Source of the DNA: Octopus bimaculoides
Taxonomy: Eukaryota
Reading direction: 5' to 3'
NCBI RefSeq assembly: GCF_001194135.2
Contig: NC_068991.1
Location: 39,146,320-39,210,319 of the forward strand
Length of the DNA stretch: 64,000 nt
Shown: in pieces, positions 1 to 10,934 of the stretch
Position numbering within the stretch: position 1 is the stretch's first letter
How the letters are laid out: every line of letters starts with the position of its first letter
Notes under the pieces: generated by a model
The model's database searches: none
What the model was told of the DNA's origin: nothing
Seen by the model: only the letters and a program-made list of their open reading frames with translations
Position numbers and translations under genes: made by a program

Positions 1-12
1 TGTTGTTGTTAT

Positions 13-208
13 AAGGTGGTGAGCTGGCAGAATTGTTAGCACGCTGGATGAAATGCTTAGTGGTATTTCGCCTGTTGCTACATTCTGAGTTCAAATTCCG
101 CTGAGGTCAACTTTACCTTTCATCCTTTTGGGGGTCAATAAAATAAGTACCAGTTGAACACTGGGGTCGATGTAATCAACTCATCCCCTCCCACCAAAAT
201 TGCTGTCA
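13..208 (+). repeat. tRNA-derived SINE family A with (TTA)n tail. Other copies: ~5457-5690(+), 15527-15750(+), 61065-61245(+), 32010-33250(- cluster), 34830-35050(-), 42780-43010(-), 52680-52830(-), 53720-53920(-)
   Basis: Recurrent AAGGTGGTGAGCTGGCAGAA (A-box-like), GAGTTCAAATTCC (B-box) and AAAATAAGTACCAG..CACTGGGG core. Confidence 0.8.
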
Positions 209-209
209 A

Positions 210-580
210 GTGAATTCCATCAGGAATCATAACAGAAATGTTATGATTTATACAGAAGGTGGGACATGTATAGATTCCCATTTGGTGTACGTGGCAGAAT
301 GCACGAAACACAACTTGATTTATGCTGGTTGTACAACAGAACAATTAAACAAAAGATTTAATGGGGACAGATATCATGTCAGGCAGAGTAACAGCAGTTC
401 AACAGAACTTCCCAAACATTTTGCTTCAAATGGCTGCAATTTTGAAAAAGACTTGAAAATGCATATTTTCAGAAAATATTCTGAATCTGCTTCACTTTCA
501 ATACTCAAAATGCATGAAGAGAAATAATTTTGTGGATTATTAACATCATGCCCTGGAGGAATGAATAAAATGACAGGAGA
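210..580 (+). mobile_element. Penelope-like element 3' fragment (GIY-YIG endonuclease)
   Basis: ORF 210..527 LVYVAECTKHNLIYAGCT..LNKRFN.DRY is a GIY-YIG pattern; the frameshifted continuation LLTSCPGGMN resembles the PLE C-terminal L.T..P.G.N motif. Confidence 0.75.
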
Positions 581-926
581 ATATCATCAAATTTATACAA
601 AATTGTTTAATTAAATATTCTTTTCTTTTTCTTTTTTCTTCCCTTTTTTTTCTCCCTTTTTTTCCCGTCTTTTTCTTTTGCCANNNNNNNNNNNNNNNNN
701 NNNNNNNNNNNNNNNNNNNNNNNNNNNNNNNNNNNNNNNNNNNNNNNNNNNNNNNNNNNNNNNNNNNNNNNNNNNNNNNNNNNNNNNNNNNNNNNNNNNN
801 NNNNNNNNNNNNNNNNNNNNNNNNNNNNNNNNNNNNNNNNNNNNNNNNNNNNNNNNNNNNTGCAATCACATCACACTCTTCGTCTTGTCTGTTTACCTTT
901 GTGAAGAGTTACATCAATCCTTTTAA

Positions 927-1010
<84 letters not shown>
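927..1010. repeat. (ATT)n microsatellite. Others at ~2631-2660, 3378-3415, 3888-3943, 32203-32233
   Basis: Direct reading. Confidence 0.95.
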
Positions 1011-2626
1011 TTCATATACACTCAACAGATTAGTTTGTTGGATAAGAAAAAAGTCCTAACACAGGGCTACAAGTTACCTTAGATGCCAAGAACTCTCCTA
1101 AGTATCTTAGCTGTCCCTAATAACACTGTTTTCTGGAGCTGTACTACACCAGGTTTTATACCTATTTCCCTATCCATCTGTTCAGATTTTTAGGGATAGT
1201 TCCTAGTGCAACTATAACTACTGGGATATATTTTACCAGCACTTTCCATTGTCTTTGTAATTCAATAGTGAGGTCTTGGTACTTTGCTCCTTTTTCTATA
1301 CTTCTCATATTAATGTTTTCATCATTTGGGACTGTAAAATCAATTATCTGGCACTTTCTATTCTCTTTATCTACTATTACCAAATCAGGTCATTTAGCTT
1401 CTATTACTCTGTCAATCTGAATGTTGAAGTCCCACAACATGTTATATTTCTTACTTTCTAGCACTTTATTAGGTTCATGTTCATACCCTTTACCTGTATG
1501 TTCAAATCCTAGCTTTCTACGTAGCTCCCAGTGAATTAGTCTCCTTAGATTGTCATGTCTTTTCTTGTATTTTTTCTGTGCCAGCATGCTGCTTTCACTT
1601 ACTATGTGAGTAACACTTTCCTCTTTTGATTTGTATAATCTACATTGGGAATGTACTTGGTTTTTGTCTATCTTGGCTTTTATCCAATTAGTCCTTAGTG
1701 CTTGATCTTGTGCAGCTATTAACAAACTTTCTGTCTCTCTCTTCAGCTTTCCTTTCTGCAACTATAACATGTCTCACTACTACTATTTGTTGCAACTATC
1801 TTTGGGAATCTACCATGCAAAACCTTCTCCTGCAAGTCAGATAATTTCTGCTCTTTTTTCTGGTTTTTAACTTCATTTGGGTTTCTGGTTTCCCTATGTA
1901 TTGCTGTGACTCTAGCAGCTTTTAATAAACTTTCTTCACTATTACCTACATAGGAGCCTATATCTACTCTAGCTAATTCCATGTAGTCTTCTACTGATAT
2001 TAACCCTCTTCCACCTTCCTTTCCAGGTAGGTATTATCTTGCTACTTCTGCCCTTGGGTGGAGTCCTGCATTCATATTGAATTCCTTCTGCCTCGCTTTG
2101 CTAATTCAGTTTTTGTCCAATCTATAAAAGCTGCTGAGTATCTAAGTAATGATACTGCCCAACTATTTACAGCCTTCATTAGATTCAGACCATTTAGCCT
2201 TGACTTCATTAGCTTCTTCACCCTTCTGATGTACTCCTTCTCAATTTTCGTCTTCATTTCTGTAGTTAGTACCCAGTCAGATTCTAATACTCCTAGATAC
2301 TTACAATTCTCTCCTCCTTTCAATGATTTTAATGTCTGGCCATCTGGTAATTGGATGCCTTTTCTGTTGACTACCTGTCCCCTTCTCATGACTAATATTG
2401 CACACTTATTTATGCCAAATTCTTTGCCTGTATCTTTGCTGAAGAGTCTTACAGTCTGTATTAAGGAATCTATCTCTTTCATTCTTACAGTCCATGTAGA
2501 GCAAATGATTAATTTTTCCATTACTATTTCTGAACTGATACCCTGCCTTTGCCTTCCTTAATACTAAACTGAGGGGGATCAAACATAAGACAAATATTGA
2601 AGGGGACAACGAATTCCCCTAGAAAA
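1011..2626 (-). mobile_element. R4/Dong-like non-LTR retrotransposon, 5'-truncated and decayed (RT 3' half, Zn knuckle, REL endonuclease)
   Basis: ORFs 2406..2609 (NHLLYMD), 2072..2521, 1390..1761 (LKRETESLLIAAQDQALRT; RHDN; WDF) and 1162..1383 (VDKENRKCQIID); (TAA)n tail at 927-1010. Confidence 0.85.
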
Positions 2627-2660
2627 TTCCTTATTATTATTATTATTATCATTATTCATT

Positions 2661-3377
2661 ACTATTGCCTTTGCACAGCTTCTAACGCTGGAGATGTACT
2701 ACAGTGTCAGCTGTTCACTACCAGTGAAGTAACGTAACACCTTTTATTTTTCAAGCACCTTCCGGAGTATTCGTGCGGTTCCAAGCAGTGCTGTTTTCTG
2801 CAAGTGCTCCGCCTTAGTGCAACCTCTATTTGTTCCACATGCTTCTTGAGATTTTTGCTCACTGTTCCCAGGGCTCCGATAATTATCGGTACTACTGCTA
2901 CCTTTTTCATCGACCACAACTGCCCAACTTCCCAAGCTAACCTGTCAAATCGCTTGACTTTTCTTTCTTCATTATCACATACCTTGTTGTCAGCTGGGCA
3001 TGCTATATGTATGATCCAGCATAGTTTGTTTTCTTTCTCAATTAAGACTATGTCTGGTCTTCTATTCTCCATCTCATGGTTGCGCTGAATCATAAAATCC
3101 CCTTAGGATCTTTGCATTTCTATTTTTGATGATGCCTTCAGGTTTGTGGTCATACCAATTTTTTGCTCTATCAAGTCCATACTTGTTGCAAAGTATCCAA
3201 TGGACAATCCTTGCTATATTGTCATAATGTCTCTTATATTCTTTCTGGGCTAGTGGTGTACATTGGTTGGTAATATGCCATACGGTTTCACTGTTTTGTC
3301 CACAGATTCTGCACTTATCACTTTCTGTGGACAAAATGGTGAAACCGTATGGCATATTACCAGCCAATGTACGCCAC

Positions 3378-3379
<2 letters not shown>
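2661..3379 (-). mobile_element. Second R4/Dong-like 3' fragment
   Basis: CRICGQNSETVWHITNQC knuckle; RRPDIVLIEK..CWII.IACP (PD-(D/E)xK REL); LQKTALLGTARILRKVL end; flanked by (ATT)n on both sides. Confidence 0.85.
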
Positions 3380-3413
<34 letters not shown>

Positions 3414-3416
3414 CAT

Positions 3417-3880
3417 ATAATTGTTCAATATTTGGTCAGTTGATGCACATTTCTACTGCATCACCTGCTACACCTCCGCGTTGCTAGGGTGTGTGCAGCA
3501 TTGTGTGTTCTTTTCTGCTGTTGGATGTGTGCAAACTTTTCCCAGTACTGTATTGTGTTAGTTTTTTTCTTTTGAGGTGTGATGCAGTCTTTTGTTGTGT
3601 TACTGTTTGTATTGTGTGTTGAGTGTGTAATGCATTGGTTAATTGGATTGCTGGTGGAAGTATATTTCACTGGGTAATTGCTGTATAGAGTGTGTCTTGT
3701 GTTTGTGGGTTGTTTTGTTTAGGTTGTATTATTGGATTGACAGTGTCTTGTATAGGATGTGGGCTGTTCCTAGCAGGGCTATTTTTTGAATAGTGTGTAG
3801 TGTTAAGAATCCAGGTATAGCTTTTACATTTTTGTTCATGTTTTTTTATCATGCTTAATGCTCTAATTATTATTAGTATT
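3417..3880 (-). mobile_element. Third R4/Dong-like 3'-terminal fragment with low-complexity 3' UTR
   Basis: Minus strand reads IIIRALSMIKK, then in a shifted frame IQKIALLGTAHILYKTLSIQ*, the same C-terminal motif as the neighbouring copies. Confidence 0.7.
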
Positions 3881-3886
3881 GTTTTT

Positions 3887-3918
<32 letters not shown>

Positions 3919-3944
3919 TATTATTATTATTATTATTATTATTT

Positions 3945-5350
3945 ACTTTTAATCTGCATGTTTGTTACAATCACTTACTGAGACACACCCAGCGTCCTAG
4001 GGTGAGTGAAGGATAAGAAATGTTACAGTATGACTGAAAGCTTGGGAGGGGAAGTGGCTGGGTTAGTAGCAAAATATCTTCACGTAATACAACACAGACA
4101 TTTAAATTGATAGGGTTTTTCTAAGGATGTAAGCAGTACTTGTCAGCACAATCTTTTGGATTTCTTTGAGACATGGATCTTCTGGGATGCTATCTAGATG
4201 TTTCTGACATCCCTTTTTTTTTATCATACCTAAGGCACTTACAATGACAGGAACACTTCTTGCTTTCAGATACCACATCTTTTGTATTTCCATTTCCAGG
4301 TCCTTATATTTACTATATATACTCAGCCATAAGTTGCACATTTTTTCCCTGAAATTTTCACCTAAAGTTGGGGGTGTGACTTATAAGCGCATCCTATAAA
4401 AAAAATCTTCAGATATTTTCTAGGTACAATCCATATCTGAAGTTCCAACACTTGGAATAACTGAAAAGGATAAAATTTTACATTATAAACAACAGTTTCT
4501 AAAATGTATAGACTTAATGGTATAACAGTTGTTGTAAGTCATCTTCAGCTTACTGAAAGCTTGGTTACTGAACAACAACTATGTTGGTGTAATTCCTAAT
4601 TGAACTTTGCTCTTCAACATCAAAAAAGTCACTGCAATTTATAGTTGGGTCAATGATAAAATTCCCAATTTGAACCTTGTAAGTCAGGGGTACATCTTAT
4701 AGGTGAGGCTGTTTTATAGTCAAGTATACACGGTACTTAATTTGTCAAATTCCTTTACAGATATATTTTTTATCAGTGGGAACACTTACATCTATTAGTC
4801 TACAAATATTTTCTTCTTTGTCTTTAATAATTATGTCTGGTCAATTAGTCTGGCTCATTCTGTTAGTGTTGACCGGAAAATCCCTGAGGGTATTGACGTT
4901 TTTACCTTCAATGATTGGCTCAGGATGATGTTCATACCAGTAAGCAGGAGTGCTAATTTTATAGTGTTTACATATTTTCCAATGTAAATATTGTCTTACT
5001 CTATCGTGGCAATCTTTGTATTCGTTTGGTGTCAGTACAGGACACCCCAAAACAAGATGGTCTATTGTTTCATCAAATGTGTTGCAGAATCTGCATTTAG
5101 GGTCAGAACCATTTTGAAGAATGTTAGCCTGGTAGTTTCTGGTAAGCAAGCTTTGAAACCTGCAGTCTCTGCTTTCAGTCCTGAACTTTTCAACCACTGT
5201 GGGGTTGTTGCTTGGTCTACATCAGCATTTTGACTTTGAAGTATATATTGTTTATGCAGAGGCTTCTGGCCCCATTGCTCTTCAATTCATTTCTGTCCAT
5301 TCTTATTTGCAGTCTGCTTGATCTGTTTCGCTTGATTGGTGGCAGCCTGT
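3945..5350 (-). mobile_element. Fourth R4/Dong-like fragment, interrupted by a MITE
   Basis: ORFs 4841..5197 (CRFC..FDETIDHLVLGC; HDRV) and 4102..4341 (IQKIVLTSTAYILRKTLSI). Removing 4313-4735 restores SVKEFDKLSKYKDLEMEIQKMW. Confidence 0.85.
4313..4733. mobile_element. Tc1/mariner (pogo/Tigger-like) MITE with TA target duplication
   Basis: Left end TA|CTATATATACTCAGCCATAAG; right end TTATAGTCAAGTATACACGG|TA (reverse complement CCGTGTATACTTGACTATAA); excision restores the host LINE reading frame. Confidence 0.8.
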
Positions 5351-6592
5351 ACATGATAACACTTCCAATTAGTTAAGATCAGAGAGCCACAGCCTGGTAC
5401 TGCATCAGGGCATTACTATCACAATCAACTTCATCGTCATTATTATTATTGTTGTTAAGGTGGTAAGCTGGCAGAATCGTTAGTATGCTGGGCAAAATGT
5501 TTAGCGGCATTTTGTCCATCTTTACGTTCTGAGTTCAAATTCTGTCATGGTTGACTTCCCATTTCATCTTTTTGGGGTCAATAAAATAGGTACCAGATGA
5601 GCATTGGGTTCAGTGTAATTGACTTACCCCCTCCCCTGAGATTGCTGGCCTTTTGACAAAATTTGAAATCATTATCATTATCGTTGTTCTTTCCAGGTAA
5701 AATCATTTCATAAAATAAAAGTAAAATACCTGTCATGTACTGGGGTTGATTTATTTAACTCTATTAAACCACTAAATTCAAAGTTTTGCACCTATATTAT
5801 AAGTCAATATTATTGATTATGTTAAAAATCATAAATTCACATAAAAAAAAACCCATCCCACTCTATCCTCATTGTGAAGTGGGTTTAGAAAACTTCTTAG
5901 TTAACAGTGAAACCTAAGACTGGCTGTCTTTGTAACAGGTGGTTTACCCACAATGCCAATGTGTGTCATATGTTACCATGTGTCGTTTAATTATATTCTG
6001 AGATGTAACATTAATAAAATTTCTTTAAACAAATTCCTGGATTAATTGACCCGAAAAGAATAAAGCTGAGGGTGGAGTACATACAGAAATAAAAATTTCT
6101 TTTAATAAGAGACAAAAACAAAACAATGTGACCTTTATGAACATAAAACACCTTAAAAACTTAAATAATGTTTTGTAATTCATACTGATTAAGAATTTGC
6201 AGTGTATGGACTTTGGGGTAGGTAGAGTGTGCAGCTCACCCTTGCAAGCAGTTGTAGAACTGTATGCTTTACAAATGTCTTGTTTGCTCGCAGTATCTAG
6301 TTTAATTCCTCATGATAAGGATAAAAAATGAGTTCTGCAGTGTATCTAAGAATAACTTGTTTTCCATAGGGAAAATCTTTGGTAGCTACTTGCCATCACC
6401 AGATGAATTATTTTAAAATACTGCTGAACCATGTTATTAAATTTTGGAGAAAGCCTACATTATTTAGTTAATTAATTAAATTGTTTATCAAATGTTATTC
6501 ATAAAATAGAGAGACAAACCAACTACATGAACATCAGGATTGCATTTCTTTAAAACAAAATTCTGTATACTGCTGGGTCTATTTATTGGTTC

Positions 6593-6815
6593 TTAACCCT
6601 TCAACATTCAGATTACTCTGTCAAATATATTGCATTCACATAGTTTTGAATTAATCATGCATTATCTTGTAGCTTTGAGATTTCAATGATGTAATTGTTT
6701 ATCTTTAGAACGATATTGTAGGGTAAATGTGAAAGGCTGGATTTAGCCAGTTTTAACATAAAACAACTTGAATATTTGAGCTAGATGTTGCTGGTTCAAA
6801 TGCTAAGGGGTTTAA
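6593..6815. mobile_element. TTAA-flanked piggyBac-like MITE family (~220 bp). Other copies: 22103-22328, 23093-23314, 46787-47013, 53150-53587 (nested pair), 61776-62003, partial 62580-62754
   Basis: Termini TTAA-CCCTTTAGC...GCTAAAGGG-TTAA and a shared internal sequence in all copies. Confidence 0.8.
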
Positions 6816-8697
6816 CATAGTTTTATGTTGATATAAAACAAGAAAGTCATCCTTAATTAAATTAAAAGATAATACATGGAAGGACAAATACAGAGAGAAA
6901 AATCTGATGAAAGGTCTCATTTTATTATAGTTTTTGTTTCCCTTGTCATTAAAAAAAAGACCCTTAATTGTAAATGTTAATTTAATCAATGAAAAATTTT
7001 GAAAATGATTATGAAAAATTAAGTCCTACAAATGTAAACTGAAAAGAATCTAATGAAAACAAAATGATAGTAAATTTCTGCTTGCCTGATGCAAACAAAG
7101 AATAATTTTCTTAATTTTATTTAATTTGTTTTACATTAGCATAAACATAAGTATTACACATGAAGTGTAACCATTTCAACTGGGAGCCTAAATCAACTAG
7201 TGGGCTAACTTTGGTAGGAACTTACAAATTAAAAACTTACAAATTAAAAACTTCCAATGATTTTGTATTTGATCATTTGCAACTTCAGTTTTTCAAAAGG
7301 AAAGCAATAATATCAGTTCTTCACAAGCAAAAAAAGTTACAATACTAACTGGGATTCCCAGTGGAACCATTTCATTTTAGAAACATTGATAACACCTTTG
7401 AAAAAGGCAAAAACCTTCAGCTTCTCTTCATTTTCTTTCTCTCTTAAAAAAAAGTCTCAGATTTCATACATTTAGAATTACTGTTTCTTTTTTTTTCTTT
7501 TTTTTTATACATGGGTACAAGATTCGTGTTTCTAGAAGAGGAGCAGAATTGAATCAGCACAATATATTATTTGTATTCATTCTATAACTCCCTTCATCAT
7601 GATGCATTATAAATGTCAGTAGTTAATTAAATATATATCAGAAGTTAATTAAATATATAAATGTCATCAGTAAGAGACAAAATAATGTAATTAATGAGTT
7701 TTTAAAAGATTTTTTTTAAAGTAAAGTGTAAAGTGTTTTTTAAAGGTTTTGTCTATAGGAAAGGGTTATGCCTATGTTCATTGCAGACCCTCCACCCCCA
7801 AAGATGGTGAGATTGACACAGTTCCTTGTGAATAACAAGTTGATAGCTGCAGGAATTCCATGAGGAAAGGGGAAATTCCTGAGAGGTGATTTTCTGGGAG
7901 AAAGCACTCAATATAGAGATGAGTGCTAGGTTGGGAAATGGGTGGTGGGTAGACTCAATATGGGTAATGAGAGAAGGAAAGACAAGTGAGCTGGGAATGG
8001 CTGAGGGAGATTAAGCATGGCAAAACTTTCTACAATTTCTACCAAGTAGTAACATTCAGGTCATAAACCATTGCTCAAATTAGGAACTGTTAGGAAGAAA
8101 TTATTGTAATACATGTTAAAAAATTACAAAAAAAAAAAAAAGAATTAAAATTCTGGTTTTGTTCTGTTTAATGTTTTTTTTTTACTCAAAACTTTGTTAC
8201 ATGGCTATTCATGTTGAGGTGTTGTTTCAGTTTGAAACAGACATAATATTTAGATTAACATCATATATACCAACCAAACAGTGGAGATCCTTTCACAGCT
8301 TACAGTCATTCATTGGGTTGTTTACTCAACATTGCTTTTGTTTTTTGTTTTCTATTCTCTATTGATATAAAGCAGAGACAAAACTTAAAACTCATCGATA
8401 TCTGTCTTGAAGGACATTTCATCCAGACAACTTTCCATTTACACTGATATAGGATTTCCTACAAGGTAAGTAAGAAGTAAGGGCTAAATGGTCTGTTGAA
8501 GAATTCAATGCATTACTTGATAAATTGTGTATGAACTTCCAGTCTGTGTATCCCACGTCCACTACATGTCAACATCTAACCGGTCAAGTGTGCTTTCTTA
8601 CTGAGTATCTTCATTATTTCTTCCTTCATCTAAATATCAAAATAATTGTAAAGAAAAACAAGAAGAGAGAAAGAAGGAAAGAACAAAGCTAAGCTTT

Positions 8698-9399
8698 TCA
8701 ATGTCGAGGAAAGCCAAACTGAGGATTGTCCCCTGGTTTTAAGGAAGTTAACTTTTCTGTAAAAAAAGTTTTCAAAATCAAAACTTGACTAATGCTAGCT
8801 ACACATATAATGGAGGTAAGACCAAGTGACCACCATAAAACATGAGTGTTCAAGGTTTCGGCTGTGTGACGTCCGACTGCTTCACGTAGTCTGTAATTCT
8901 TTTGATGGTTAACAACTTTGGTCATGCTTTCATGAACAATGTTGCAAGAAGATTCAGCTGAGGTTGGTGCTGACGGTTTTTTAATGCCCATTTCAACAGC
9001 CAAATTATCAATTTCTTCGCCTTGAATACTAAAGAAAACAATTTTATGTGTTAAGCTAGAAAATTCATTGCTGAAACAAAATTTATAAACTCCTGAGGAG
9101 CTGTTGATTTTCAAGCGATCTTCCTGTCGACGCATTTCTTTATAGATGATTCGACCATTTGGTGAGATTAATGAAACATCAATGTCCTTATTACCACCTC
9201 TGATTACTTTGTAAGTAAATATATAAGGTTCAGATCTTTCAAACTCATGCATAAAGCACCAAGCAGCATTATCTTTTAATTCAATTGTCAGTGATATTTG
9301 TTCTGCAGAAATAACTGCTGATGACATCAATACAAAAGTGGCCACAATTAAATGAAACATATTTATATTTAAATAATTGCTTTGAGAATATTTGATCAT
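8698..9399 (-). CDS. TMED3/7: p24/TMED (emp24/gp25L GOLD-domain cargo receptor), gamma subfamily, TMED3/TMED7-like; intronless CDS
   Basis: ORF 8698..9453. Signal peptide MFHLIVATFVLMSSAVISA (ATG at 9360; upstream in-frame ATG at 9399). GOLD domain with two Cys (WCF, YKFCFSNEFS), coiled coil (QKNYRLREA), TM segment VLWWSLGLTSIICVASISQVLIL, and FF motif in the tail. Confidence 0.92.
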   Translation of the reverse strand: MIKYSQSNYLNINMFHLIVATFVLMSSAVISAEQISLTIELKDNAAWCFMHEFERSEPYIFTYKVIRGGNKDIDVSLISPNGRIIYKEMRRQEDRLKINSSSGVYKFCFSNEFSSLTHKIVFFSIQGEEIDNLAVEMGIKKPSAPTSAESSCNIVHESMTKVVNHQKNYRLREAVGRHTAETLNTHVLWWSLGLTSIICVASISQVLILKTFFTEKLTSLKPGDNPQFGFPRH

Positions 9400-9978
9400 C
9401 TTGAAAATTTTAAGGGTTATTTGTATTATACTTTTGAATTCTTTCTCAAACAATCACAGTAGTTAAGTCATGTAAAAGAATGAAATTCATGAAAAGAAAT
9501 GCTTATTTATGTATACACACACAGAAGTACATACATACACACAGAGAAATATTTTTTAAAGTTTTTCATCCATCAAAAATACAGTTAACATTGAATGCAA
9601 AGGTTGAAAATGGCTATGGACATACCACTTTTTATAAATTTTGGAATGATAGGAAAATTACTTCCAGGAAGAAAAGTGTCGGAACCAGTATAATTTTTTT
9701 CCCCTTTCCTTTTCAATCTTTTTTTTTATAATATTCAAAGCTTGTATTTTCAGGCTTATTCTCTTCTATTTTCTAATTCTCTGTTAATTTCTCTCAATTC
9801 GTATCTCTTATGTTTTTCCTTTATAATTGTAATTTATGTTTCCTATATCAGTCCATGATATATTCTGTCTATAAATAAGAACAATCTTCTCCAAAGGTAA
9901 AGTTATCCACAAAACGTTGGCCAAGAAACTGTCAGCATTCCATGTTTGTTTTGAAGGTGGAGTGAAAAAATGAACAAA

Positions 9979-10075
9979 TGACGTGAACTGGAATTAACCA
10001 CGTGGAAAGTTAGAAAATGGAGAGGTTTTAGAATAGATTTTACATGGTGTCATTTGTTATTGATTCCTTGCCACG
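9979..10075. promoter_or_regulatory. Candidate TMED promoter motifs: TGACGTGA (UPRE/CRE-like), CCACGTGG, CCACG
   Basis: TGACGTGA at 9979-9986, CCACGTGG at 9998-10005 and CCACG at 10071-10075 form a CpG-containing cluster about 600 bp upstream of the TMED ATG in a CpG-poor background. Confidence 0.4.
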
Positions 10076-10298
10076 CGAACACAAAGCTGTTAGGCATCAT
10101 TATGCTGTTGGCAAGTCATACTGCAATAGCAACAGATGGTCCTTCTTGTCCCTACCTGGCCAACTGTCCAAATAGTTCTTTGTTAGATCAGATGTCAAAG
10201 TGTGTAAACATTCAGACACATGCAGACAATAAAATACTTAATATTAATAGTAATAATTTAAAGTGAAGCATTTGTATACATATGCATAAGCATTTGTG

Positions 10299-10432
<134 letters not shown>

Positions 10433-10899
10433 TATATGGGGGGGGTATCATCATCATCATTTTTAACATCTACTTTTCTTTGTTTGCATGTGTCAGACAG
10501 AATTTAATGAGACAGATTCTTTTTATGATTGAATGTTCTTTCTATCATCAAGTCCCACCTTGGAAACTCATCAAGTTTCCAAATAAGACAATATTTCCTC
10601 ATGGTCAGATATATTTTTCACAAAATATTGGAAATGAACCACATGGTTTTGCATGAAGGTGATTTTTATTTTATAACTGTTGCATACTATCAAGACAAAG
10701 AGACACTAACACATTCACACATTAGCATGGGTCTGTGGTTAAGATGGTTTTCAGGTTGAGTTACTTTAGGTGATTTCAGGTTGAGTCCTTTTAGGTGGGA
10801 CCTTGAGCATGCATTGCCTACTATAGGTCCAGGCTGACTAATGTCTTGTGAATGGATTTGATAGGTGGAAACTAAAAGAAGCCTACAATATATGCATGC

Positions 10900-10934
<35 letters not shown>

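Noticed and set aside
2058-2561. 167-aa plus-strand ORF
   Set aside because: Antisense shadow of the Dong-like RT frame.
7770-8060. Possible CR1/Jockey 3' remnant on the minus strand (WNS motif)
   Set aside because: Too degraded to support a call.
8698-9453. TMED gene nested in a calpain intron
   Set aside because: The calpain stop codon is at 30033, so TMED lies about 20 kb downstream and is not nested.
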